A DNA stretch of 64,000 nt from an uncultured virus (IMG/VR IMGVR_UViG_3300026522_000846). Lineage: Duplodnaviria > Heunggongvirae > Uroviricota > Caudoviricetes. Position 1 is the first letter of the stretch, and the number at the start of each line of letters is the position of its first letter. The position numbers were made by a program, and so were the translations under genes. Location of the stretch: IMG/VR virus record IMGVR_UViG_3300026522_000846; one strand, written 5' to 3'. The notes beneath the pieces are model-generated. The model was not told the DNA's origin. It did not search any database and worked only from the letters and a program-made list of their open reading frames with translations. Shown piece after piece: positions 48,157 to 57,190 of the stretch.

Positions 48157-49155
48157 CTACCTCTCCATCCCTTCTCTTTCTTCGCTTTCCTTGGTAAGTT
48201 CTCTTATCATGATTTTGAAGTTATCGATAGCAAGGTCAATCTGCATTCCGCTTACTAACTCTAGCTGCTTCTTCCAAAATACAAGCTGTGCAGTTCTGCG
48301 ATGCAGATTTTTGTCCTTTTCAAGCTGCTTTTCGAATTCAGCGAGTTCTGCACATTTCTTGAACTTGTTTGAGAAGTATGTGTCCTCGGCAGACTCGGTA
48401 TTCCTTTTACCCGTGCAGATGTTTGTGAAATTTTGTTCAGGGAATTTTAGATTAGTTGTATTGTAGTTCATGCACATTTCAGCCATCTGCTCAATGGATA
48501 AAGGGGAGCAGTTCTTGAAAATCATGTCCAGCCGTGTCGTTGTGGACTCTTTCTTCGGAACTTCCTTGCCGAGTTCTATTCTCTTTTTGCGGTTTCTGTC
48601 GTTTGCCTTGATACCTGAATTTAGCTCTACGGTGTGGGAGATGGCATGGAAAAGGTCATCTTTCAGATATTGTACGGGAGATACAGCACCCAGACGTATG
48701 CTTACATCATCGGTCGGAACGACCTCATTTGCCTTTTCTACAAAGTCATCACGATTGGAAAAAGGACAATTCTTTGTACCTACTGTTGATGTAAGTACGG
48801 AAAGCATTTCTTTCAGCCTTCCAAAAGCATTTTCATCGATGATATTTTTGTTCTTGGACTCTTCGAGATCCATAGAGTTGTCAGACTTTGAAACCCTTAT
48901 GTAAAAAGGAGCATATTCTCTGATTTTTGGAACAGCGTAGAGGAATAAATCTTCAAGAATGTCGTCACGCTCTACGCAGCCGTAAAATTCCATGTTGGAA
49001 GTTTTCTTGTGAAGCAAGGGTATGATAGAGTCCTTTACGACCTTAAATACAGAGTTTTCGTCCTTCATGTTTTCGTAAGCACGTACACATACCGCCTGCT
49101 CAAAACCCGTTTTGATGTTTGATGAATACTTGGGAACAGCGTTAAAAAGTATCAT
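48157..49155 (-). CDS. Hypothetical protein, possibly a degenerate sigma-factor-like protein
   Basis: AAGGAG RBS; VERDDILEDLFLYAVPKIREYAP and SAEDTYF weakly recall sigma regions 2 and 3; ends EGMER. Confidence 0.5.
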   Translation of the reverse strand: MILFNAVPKYSSNIKTGFEQAVCVRAYENMKDENSVFKVVKDSIIPLLHKKTSNMEFYGCVERDDILEDLFLYAVPKIREYAPFYIRVSKSDNSMDLEESKNKNIIDENAFGRLKEMLSVLTSTVGTKNCPFSNRDDFVEKANEVVPTDDVSIRLGAVSPVQYLKDDLFHAISHTVELNSGIKANDRNRKKRIELGKEVPKKESTTTRLDMIFKNCSPLSIEQMAEMCMNYNTTNLKFPEQNFTNICTGKRNTESAEDTYFSNKFKKCAELAEFEKQLEKDKNLHRRTAQLVFWKKQLELVSGMQIDLAIDNFKIMIRELTKESEEREGMER

Positions 49156-49293
49156 AATCTATCTCTCCTTCTCGATGACATATATTTGTAATGTGTTGAT
49201 GATGTTTCTGATTACATTATTATTATCCTTCAACCCCCTTATTGTTTCAATAGGATATTTTGTACTTTTTCAGATACATTTTAAAGTGTATTT

Positions 49294-49514
49294 AATGGAA
49301 CGAATGTTTTACATTCGTTCCATTTAATGGAGTGGATCTTTGATGTTCGACTTATAGTCTTTAACTCTTCGCCTAATGGAAAGGATCGTAGATCCTTTCC
49401 TAGGAACGATACTACCGTATCGTTCCATTTTGTGAAACAAAGGCTCAGATCCACTCCTAGGAACGGTTCCGAAAGAACCGTTCCATTTAATGGAACGAAC
49501 CCTTGGTTCGTTCC
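49294..49514. repeat. Large mosaic palindrome cluster (intergenic)
   Basis: At least six GGA..TCC hairpins; blocks identical to 15068-15161, 15200-15244 (reverse complement) and 34856-34922 (reverse complement). Confidence 0.95.
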
Positions 49515-49597
49515 GTATCTGTTCTTTCGAACTGATGTTTTCATCCATATATTGTTCTATCACAAACAGGTGTTCGTGTAAAGGGAAAATATTGCAC

Positions 49598-49627
49598 AAA
49601 AAAAGACCTCCCACAATAGGGAGGTCG
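49598..49627 (-). terminator. Intrinsic terminator of the surface-protein gene
   Basis: aaaaaagacctccc-acaata-gggaggtc. Confidence 0.75.
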
Positions 49628-49642
49628 AAATCAGAAAGACTA

Positions 49643-52600
49643 TCAATCTTTCGTTTTCAGGAACGAACTCATCCGTTCTGCACCAAATACCGCTATTCCG
49701 GAAAGCAGTACAGCGATCAGTCCTGCATAGGAGCCTCTTGCATATCCCGTCTTGGGTGATGTACCCTTGATATGCTCACCTGCTTTTGAGATGTCGTGAG
49801 TGCTTTCAACGCTTTGTGTTTCAGGTACAGCCTTTACAGGTGCAGCCTTTACGGAGAACGCTCCGTTCTCCGAAATACCATAAGCAAAACGGAATGCTAT
49901 GGTGTGTGTTCCTGCAGCAAGAGTCTTAAGATAGTCCTTATGAAGCGTAGCTATGGTAGAGCCTGACTTAAGGTCAAAATCACTTCTTGACACGACATTT
50001 CCATCTATAAGGAGCGTGTCAAAATATTCAAGAGATCCATTTGCCTTGAACGTGAGGTCAGAAGGAAGGGCATTATCAAATACCGCTTTATCTCCATCCG
50101 TAATGTGAAGCAGGTTTTCGGCTATTGCCATATCCGGAATCATATCAGCATATGCCTTATCATAAACGGTCTTTGCGTCAGTCAGAACGGCGTTCTTATT
50201 TGAAACATCTTTCTGTTTTTCAGACACCGTTTCTTCCGCTGTAACAACATTCTTCTTTTCAAGAACAAGAGTGTCGTTCAACTTACCTGATTCCGTATTC
50301 AGATGAATGAGATAGTCAAAAAGCCTCTGTTTTTCAGCCCTTGCTTTAGACTCCCTGTCCTTGGCATTTGAAAGAGCATCTTCTTTATCCAAAATGTTCT
50401 TCCTTGCCTTTACGGATTCCTGATAAGCGTTTGCTTTTGCCCTTGCAACAGACTCGGCATCTGCCTTGGTCTTTGTGGCACTGGAAACAGCCTTTGCTTC
50501 CTCTTCGACATCAGCCTGTGCCTTGGTGACCGCATTGGCAGCCGTCTGAACATCTGCACCTGCCTTTGCTACGGCAGTATCGGCATCGTTCTTTGCCTTG
50601 GTCTTTTCATTGACCATTTCCCTTGCCTTTGTTGCTTTTGCCTGTAATGACGGAATAGCTTTTCCGCTGACAACATCATCGAAAGTTGCTTTTGCATTGG
50701 ATTCTGCCTGTTTTGCATTGGTAAGAATGGTGTTTGCTTTCGACTGATCTGCCACCTTACTGTCATAGAGTGCCTTGGCATTAGCTGTGATAGAATCGGC
50801 TTTCGCTCTTACGTTCTGCACGGCAGTATCATAGGCGGTCTGCTTTGCCTTGGTGTCTGCTTTAGCAGTATTCAGAGCGGTCTTGGCATTGGTCAATGCG
50901 GTTTCTTTCTCCGCAAGGACGCTCTGTGCAGATGTCAGAGCAGTTGCCTTTTCGGTTGCTATCATCTGCTTATCGGAAAGGGCAGTAGCAAGGGTAGTTT
51001 TATTCTTTTCCGCTTCAATCTTTGCCTTCTCTGCCTTGGCAAGGTTTGCCTTGGCAGTATTCACGGCAGTTGTCAGGGAGTCTATATTATTGCCTGCCTT
51101 TGCCTGATCGAGAGCATTCAACTTTTCAGAAAGGGTTGCTTTTGCATTATCCAGTTCAGCTTTTGCCTTGGAGAGGGCAGTATTAGCTGACTCTGCTTCC
51201 TTCTTGGCTGAATCAAGGTTTGCATGGACTTTGTTATAGTAGGCATCAAAAGAAGCCTTATAGGTATCATAGGAAACGCCAGGAATCACATGACCAAAGT
51301 CCTGTACTTGGGTTGTCCATTCATTACGCTCATTGACTGCTAAACCGGTAGATTTTTTATCCCTGTAATCATTATATTTAGTGAGATTGAGATAATGACC
51401 GGTGTTGTTATAATCATTGATATTAAACGCTTCTGTGGCGATATGAGCATACTTGAACTGACCATTTTTTACGGCTTCTTTTGCAGCATTATTGATTTCA
51501 TCTTTGGTCGCATCTGGATGGCTTTTTTTATAATTTTGGATGAATTCGTAAAATTCTTTTTCCTGATAATACCATCCATAATAAGGGTCATGCTTTGTAA
51601 ATAAATCAGAGTCGGATTCATTATCCATTACATCGTTGGAATATCCCCATGCAGCATTTTCGCCACTTACTCTGGAATACCCATATTCCCCTGATGATGG
51701 CATCCAATGATATTTTGTATAGGCTTCCATATTTGCAGATGCCTGTGCATACGCCATAGTGGAATCTGCCACGTTGAATGGGGCAAGATTCGGAAAATTG
51801 TTATCTTTCACGATGATTTGATTTCCCTTGCCAATTAAAGCAATGGCTTTTTTCATATTTTCAAGAGAAGTAGCGTCATCATCTCGACCGAGGTAAGTTA
51901 TTCCTTTTTCTGTTGCGGATTTGGTGCTTTCTTTTGTCGTAGAATAAGTTATGATGTCATAAGCAAGTTTGGCGTCATCTTTTTCGGGCTCTGAAAGAGA
52001 AGCGTCATTCATACGACTTGAAAAGAATCCAAGCGATCCCTGTGCGATGACAGCTTCGGCTGCCTTGACCTTGGCATTCGCATCTTCTAATGCTTTCTGT
52101 GCAGTAGCAACTGCATTGGTAGCGTCTGTAACTGCCTTATTTGCATTCTCATATTCCGTCTGTGCAGTCTCAGTTTTACTACCTGCGTTTGAAAGTGCCT
52201 TCTCTGCATCAGTAACCTGTTCCTGTGCAAGAGTGACTGCATCCGTCTTTGCCTTGACATCTTTCTTTGCATTTTCCAATGCCGTTTCTGTATCCGTAAC
52301 AGCCTTGTCTGCAGTATCTTTTTCCGCCTGTGCCTTTGTAACGGCAGACTTGGCATCGGTTACCGCCTGATTAGCCGTTTCATAAGCCGTCTGCTTTTCG
52401 GATTCATGAGCCTTGGCGGTATTCAGGGCTTCCAGTGCAGCCTTCGCCTTGGTCTCGGCTTCAGTCAGAGCTGTATCGGTATTGGTGACCGTTGTAGGAT
52501 TAGCCTTGACTGATTCCATAGCCTTTGCTGTTGCATTATAATCTGCTTTTGCTTTCTCTACAGCCTTTTCCGCTTCGTCATAAGCAGACTGTGCCTTTTC

Positions 52601-53392
52601 AGTCTCTGCCTTTGCCTTCTGCCATTCCTGATAGCTTTCGGTCTGTTCCTGTGTGGTCTTGTTATCCCGAAGGTCGATAGCGTCGGCTAATGCCTTGTCA
52701 GCAGTTGCCTGATTTGCTTTGGCAGTAGCAAGTTCTTCCTCTGCTTTGGACTGTGCCTTGACAGCAGACTCCTTATCATTAGTTGCTTTCTCTAATGCAG
52801 TCTGATAAGACACCAGAACATCCCTTGCCTTTTCTTCTTCTGCCTGTGTCTTAGCAAGATCGGTCTCTGCCTTCTTTAAGGCTTCGTCAGCAGACTGGGA
52901 TTCTGCCTTCCTCTTGTTCAGTATCTCTTCCGCACCTTCAGGATTTGCCTTTTTGATGTCAGATAGAGCAGTAGCAGCAAGAGCAGCAGCCTTTTCGGCA
53001 TTTGCGATTTCATCTTCGTTTGAAGCCTGTGCCTTTTTTGTGTCGCTGATGTCAGCCTTATTCTTTTCGATGTCGGCATTCGTCTTGACCACGGCGTCTG
53101 ATTTTGCTTTCAAGTCAGCTTCGGCATTAGCAAGAGCGGAATCCGCCTTATTCTTTTCGGCAAGGGCATTGTCATAAACTTTCTGTTTTTCGTCAACAAC
53201 GTCTTGTTTTGCTTTCCAATTCGCTTCAGCAGACTGTATGTCTGTCGCAGTATTGATTTTGCTTTCCTTTTCCTGTGACGGACTGTCAGGCTCTTCTGCA
53301 AATACCGGCATGGCATTTATGCTTGCTCCGCTCAATACCGCAGATAAGGCTAATGCCGTCACTTTTGCGATGTGTTTGTTCCTGTTACTCAT
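49643..53392 (-). CDS. Cell-wall-anchored Ala-rich coiled-coil surface protein with central CAP/SCP-like domain (surface-exclusion/PrgA-like)
   Basis: Signal peptide; long A/K/E heptad stalks; GENAAWGY...WYYQEK...TGHYLNL; X2-like Ig domain; SPKTG + hydrophobic helix + charged tail. Confidence 0.75.
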   Translation of the reverse strand: MSNRNKHIAKVTALALSAVLSGASINAMPVFAEEPDSPSQEKESKINTATDIQSAEANWKAKQDVVDEKQKVYDNALAEKNKADSALANAEADLKAKSDAVVKTNADIEKNKADISDTKKAQASNEDEIANAEKAAALAATALSDIKKANPEGAEEILNKRKAESQSADEALKKAETDLAKTQAEEEKARDVLVSYQTALEKATNDKESAVKAQSKAEEELATAKANQATADKALADAIDLRDNKTTQEQTESYQEWQKAKAETEKAQSAYDEAEKAVEKAKADYNATAKAMESVKANPTTVTNTDTALTEAETKAKAALEALNTAKAHESEKQTAYETANQAVTDAKSAVTKAQAEKDTADKAVTDTETALENAKKDVKAKTDAVTLAQEQVTDAEKALSNAGSKTETAQTEYENANKAVTDATNAVATAQKALEDANAKVKAAEAVIAQGSLGFFSSRMNDASLSEPEKDDAKLAYDIITYSTTKESTKSATEKGITYLGRDDDATSLENMKKAIALIGKGNQIIVKDNNFPNLAPFNVADSTMAYAQASANMEAYTKYHWMPSSGEYGYSRVSGENAAWGYSNDVMDNESDSDLFTKHDPYYGWYYQEKEFYEFIQNYKKSHPDATKDEINNAAKEAVKNGQFKYAHIATEAFNINDYNNTGHYLNLTKYNDYRDKKSTGLAVNERNEWTTQVQDFGHVIPGVSYDTYKASFDAYYNKVHANLDSAKKEAESANTALSKAKAELDNAKATLSEKLNALDQAKAGNNIDSLTTAVNTAKANLAKAEKAKIEAEKNKTTLATALSDKQMIATEKATALTSAQSVLAEKETALTNAKTALNTAKADTKAKQTAYDTAVQNVRAKADSITANAKALYDSKVADQSKANTILTNAKQAESNAKATFDDVVSGKAIPSLQAKATKAREMVNEKTKAKNDADTAVAKAGADVQTAANAVTKAQADVEEEAKAVSSATKTKADAESVARAKANAYQESVKARKNILDKEDALSNAKDRESKARAEKQRLFDYLIHLNTESGKLNDTLVLEKKNVVTAEETVSEKQKDVSNKNAVLTDAKTVYDKAYADMIPDMAIAENLLHITDGDKAVFDNALPSDLTFKANGSLEYFDTLLIDGNVVSRSDFDLKSGSTIATLHKDYLKTLAAGTHTIAFRFAYGISENGAFSVKAAPVKAVPETQSVESTHDISKAGEHIKGTSPKTGYARGSYAGLIAVLLSGIAVFGAERMSSFLKTKD

Positions 53393-53622
53393 ACAATTTT
53401 CCTCCTAATCATGTGATATTTTTTCTTCTGTTTATTCTATGGTTAAAAAAATCGAATGCTTACAAAAAATCATAAATTTTCTTGTAAATTATACCATATT
53501 ACAATCCATGTGAGCGAGAAAATCCATCTATCGGAAAAACGAAAATTTTTCCGATAGATAAATGTGTAGAGTCTCATTTTCTCCACACTTCTTCTATGAT
53601 AAAAACCTTAAGAAACAAAAAA

Positions 53623-53703
53623 AATGGAGTGATATTTCTGTAGCAAGCGATAAATCGCTTGATACTTCTGTATCACTCCTAGGAGTGGATTACGAATCCA
53701 TTA
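53623..53703. repeat. Nested palindrome pair abutting a stop codon
   Basis: ggagtgata[gtagcaagcgataaatcgcttgatac]tatcactcc-ta-ggagtggattacgaatccatt. Confidence 0.85.
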
Positions 53704-55701
53704 CTTGTACTGTAGCTTTCCCGTACCGTGATTGGTAGAAATTCGAACATGAGGGGCAGAAGGCTCTTTTGGCATCGTACCGATCTCATATGCCGGTGTT
53801 CGGTATGCTTTCTTTGTAGTATATGTTGTTCTTCCTGTCAGAATGTCAAGGTTCAAAGCGTATTCCAGTTCGCCCCTCTTAACATTCTTATCGGTCTTAC
53901 TGATGATCGGGAATCGTGTATTATACGTTAAGATCTTTGCAGAGCCTTCCTCGGTCGATCTTGTATTTCCCGCTTCTGAATTATCATTTTCACCAAATCT
54001 CCTGTTGATATACGGAGACTGACTATAGAGAGCGTGTTTCTGAACTACAAGGTCGGACATTCCTGCACCGTTATAGTTAAAATCGGTGTCATATCCCCTC
54101 ACGGCCGAGCCATACGCTATCGATTTTACCGTTGCGAACTCGCCGTACTGGAACTTATTATAGGTATTGTCAAAGAACGCTTTATAGTCGCCTTTGTTCT
54201 TATACGCTCCCCAGATGGTCTGGGCATTCTTGTTTGCGGTCTTTTCACGCTCCGTAACGTATTCGTTATTGAACTTCTCATTCAGCGTATCGTTCCTGAA
54301 AATCGCAGAGGCGGCATCGTAATTGCGTATTTTCCTTTTATCTGTGGAAGTGCCGGTGGGAGGGTTAGGGTCGGGGTTCGGATTGGTGACCTTGTTTTCA
54401 TCAACGCTTGTCTGCTTATTACCGCCCTGATCGGTAATTTCTACCGATATCGTAAGACTGGACGCACCTTCGAGATTACGGTCATTATACAGATTTCCTG
54501 TCCATGTGTATGTTCCCTCGGCATCTGCCGACTTTTCTCTGTTCTTTGTTCCGTCAGTCCGTGTAAGGCTTGTCGGGTTATTATTCGCCTTGCCGTTTTC
54601 CCATGTAAGATATTCCTCTGTACCGTTATTTCCCTGTATCTTTACCAATATGGTCTGAATACCCGACACATCGTTCTTGCCGTGGAAAGCCTTATTGTTC
54701 TGATCTGACACATGAAGCGTGATCGTAGTGGTCATTTTCTCATCGAGTTTCTTGATAATGTCATCATCAGACATCACTTTCCTTGTTTCACCATTCTGAT
54801 TATCCCTCGTGTTCTCGGCGATCCATTTGGATGTAATGCCGATGTCGCCGATGTCGGAAAGCCGTTTCTCGATGTCGGAAAGCCGTTTCTGATCTATCTT
54901 AAGCTTTTCCACAACAGGTTTTGTCTTATCGTACTTCAGCAGATGGTTTTCTTCCGTATAGTGCTTCTTATACGGCAGTCCAAGGTCTTTTGGTATAATA
55001 CTGTCCGGAAATTCATCCTTATCTTCATCTTTACGATACAGATCATCATATGTCCATATCTTCCATTCGGTAGCACCCTCAACAGAGTCTATCGTTTCAA
55101 GGGGCTGACCACCCGTAGATGAATTCTCCTTTTTCGGACTCCAACCTGTACCATCCCAGTCATCATGCAGTTTCTCCGTACCTGCGTAAGATGCCTCTTC
55201 TTTATGACCGATTGCACTTTCACGAATAACGAGCTGTTTTGCAACGCCGGAACCCAAATGTATCTTATCTGCCAGTTTATCATCACTTGTCGTGAGGATA
55301 TGTATGGGATCGGTAGACCACTTGCTTTCATCATACGGCACAGGTCTGGAGTCTGTGTACTTGTAGATCTGTGGAATCCATGCTCCTTCGACGCTATGCT
55401 TCGCCTGACGCGTGAGATACCACGGCTCTGACGTCCTGCTCTGCGTCTCTTTATCACCACGGCTTATATCATACGTCCAACCGTCATTTAAGATGGGATC
55501 CTCATAGATGGTACGTCCGTCAGCACCCTTCTTGATTTTCTTATCGGGATTGTTTACGACGTCCCCATCTTCCGTTCTGTATTTTGTTCTCGACAGACCG
55601 CTGCCTGAACTGTCAAACGATCCTGCATGAACATTCGTTCCCGGCAGACACGCTATCGCAAGTGCAAACAGGAGAGCTTTTAGTGCTTTCTTTCGTTTCA
55701 T
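53701..55701 (-). CDS. Secreted protein with Ig-like segments
   Basis: Signal peptide ending VHA; DKTKPVV...VSD...DVSGIQTI...ITDQGGN; 21-bp tandem duplication at 54849-54890. Confidence 0.75.
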   Translation of the reverse strand: MKRKKALKALLFALAIACLPGTNVHAGSFDSSGSGLSRTKYRTEDGDVVNNPDKKIKKGADGRTIYEDPILNDGWTYDISRGDKETQSRTSEPWYLTRQAKHSVEGAWIPQIYKYTDSRPVPYDESKWSTDPIHILTTSDDKLADKIHLGSGVAKQLVIRESAIGHKEEASYAGTEKLHDDWDGTGWSPKKENSSTGGQPLETIDSVEGATEWKIWTYDDLYRKDEDKDEFPDSIIPKDLGLPYKKHYTEENHLLKYDKTKPVVEKLKIDQKRLSDIEKRLSDIGDIGITSKWIAENTRDNQNGETRKVMSDDDIIKKLDEKMTTTITLHVSDQNNKAFHGKNDVSGIQTILVKIQGNNGTEEYLTWENGKANNNPTSLTRTDGTKNREKSADAEGTYTWTGNLYNDRNLEGASSLTISVEITDQGGNKQTSVDENKVTNPNPDPNPPTGTSTDKRKIRNYDAASAIFRNDTLNEKFNNEYVTEREKTANKNAQTIWGAYKNKGDYKAFFDNTYNKFQYGEFATVKSIAYGSAVRGYDTDFNYNGAGMSDLVVQKHALYSQSPYINRRFGENDNSEAGNTRSTEEGSAKILTYNTRFPIISKTDKNVKRGELEYALNLDILTGRTTYTTKKAYRTPAYEIGTMPKEPSAPHVRISTNHGTGKLQYK

Positions 55702-55768
55702 ATATCTTCCTTTCTAAAATCGTTTTATTACTCTATATTTATTTATGAATAAAACTTAAAACAAAAAA

Positions 55769-55797
55769 ATAGAACGGTTCTAAAAGAACCGTTCTAT
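55769..55797. repeat. Single palindromic module, positioned as a terminator
   Basis: atagaacggttctaaaagaaccgttctat preceded by A-run. Confidence 0.8.
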
Positions 55798-55821
55798 GGT
55801 TGAGTGTTCGGAAAAGAGTTT

Positions 55822-56133
55822 TTACGCTCTCTCTATCTCTTTCTTGTGGTCTTCCATGTACTGAACCAGTTTTGCCTTTTCCTGTTCCAGTTCTGCCCTC
55901 TGTTCGGGGGTGTTGTCCATAGCGAGAAGCTTATCGTAACCGTCTACGATCTTCTGATCGAGCTTTGTGAGTTCGTTGTCGAGATACAGAAGCTTTGCTC
56001 TGTTCTCTGCCGTGTCAGGCTTGGTTCCGAGAAGGTCGATCTTCAGAGCGATTTTTCTTCCCCTTGCCAACAGCTTCTTCTGTTCATGAGACATTCCGAG
56101 AAGTTCTTTCAGGTCTTTCATTGTGTTTGCCAT
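55822..56133 (-). CDS. Small coiled-coil protein ending ...EIERA
   Basis: AAGGAG RBS; promoter-like motif 56188-56198. Confidence 0.75.
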   Translation of the reverse strand: MANTMKDLKELLGMSHEQKKLLARGRKIALKIDLLGTKPDTAENRAKLLYLDNELTKLDQKIVDGYDKLLAMDNTPEQRAELEQEKAKLVQYMEDHKKEIERA

Positions 56134-56276
56134 AATTTTGATCTCCTTTTTCTTTGTTTGTATAGAAATTTTCTTCTACATCTTAATTATGCGTAAAATT
56201 TACAGAAAACAGTCAACTATAGAGAAAAATTTCATCCCAACCATCATTCCTGATAACGATACGATTCGTTACAACT

Positions 56277-56326
56277 GGAACGGTTTTGAAGGAACCGTTC
56301 CTAGGAGTGAACCAAAGGTTCACTCC
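56277..56326. repeat. Palindromic pair supplying the sigma-factor stop codon
   Basis: ggaacggttttgaaggaaccgttcc-ta-ggagtgaaccaaaggttcactcc; TAG within CCTAGG ends the ORF (WSEPLVHS*). Confidence 0.9.
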
Positions 56327-57128
56327 AATATTCGCCTACAGCCTTCATTTTTTTCAAGGCTTTCTTCTCTATCTGCCTTATCCGTTCACGAGTCAGGTTG
56401 TAAACGTCTGCTACCTGATTAAGAGTCATCTGTTCATAAAAACGTTTTTCCACAACGCTCTTTTCCCTATCGGTCAGTCTTGCCCTTTTCATCATACTCT
56501 CGATAACATTCCGATTCAATACCGTTTCGTATTCTTTATCGACACGCTCGTCAGGAATAAAGTCTCCAAGTGTACTTGTTCCATCTGATTTCTCAAGCAG
56601 AGACTTACCAGTCAGAGACTTATCAGTCGATACCGTCTGCAACGTAGCTGCATCTCTCAAATATGGCACAAGGTTCTTGCTTATGTCAAATGTCTTTGCT
56701 ACATCCTCATCAGTCATATCCCTATACTTTTCAAAATCGGCTCTGTATTTATCTGTTATTTCCCGATACCTTACGGGAACGTAGAGTCCGCATACATCCT
56801 CATTCTGCTTACGCTGTACCGCTCGCATGATCGCGACCGTGACATAGGTAGAAAATTCAGTGTCCTGCTTTTTGTCATACGATTTTGCCGACTTTAGAAG
56901 AACTGCGATAGCTTCGGTCACGGCATCTTCCTTATCCGTGCCATAATAGTATTTATCTACCATGCGACAGATAAGTCCCAGATTTCGGCATATAAGTTCC
57001 GTAGCGTCTTTCCCCGCTTTTACGTCTGCAACCATCTTCGACTGCAAAGTTCTATCGTATATATACTCGGGATATGTATTGTGTAGGTTTTTTACAATGT
57101 CTGTTTCTCTTGCATACATAGTTCTCAT
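56301..57128 (-). CDS. Sigma-70 family RNA polymerase sigma factor
   Basis: NLGLICRMVDKY, DKEDAVTEA...SYD...EFSTYVT (region 2); TLNQVADVYNLTRERIRQIEKKALKKMK (region 4). Confidence 0.9.
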   Translation of the reverse strand: MRTMYARETDIVKNLHNTYPEYIYDRTLQSKMVADVKAGKDATELICRNLGLICRMVDKYYYGTDKEDAVTEAIAVLLKSAKSYDKKQDTEFSTYVTVAIMRAVQRKQNEDVCGLYVPVRYREITDKYRADFEKYRDMTDEDVAKTFDISKNLVPYLRDAATLQTVSTDKSLTGKSLLEKSDGTSTLGDFIPDERVDKEYETVLNRNVIESMMKRARLTDREKSVVEKRFYEQMTLNQVADVYNLTRERIRQIEKKALKKMKAVGEYWSEPLVHS

Positions 57129-57190
57129 CTCCTTCTATTTTTTATATGCGTAAAATAGAAGGAGACTTTGCAAACTATATTCTACAAATT

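Noticed and set aside
49281..49614. Three short overlapping ORFs
   Set aside because: Spurious frames through the palindrome cluster
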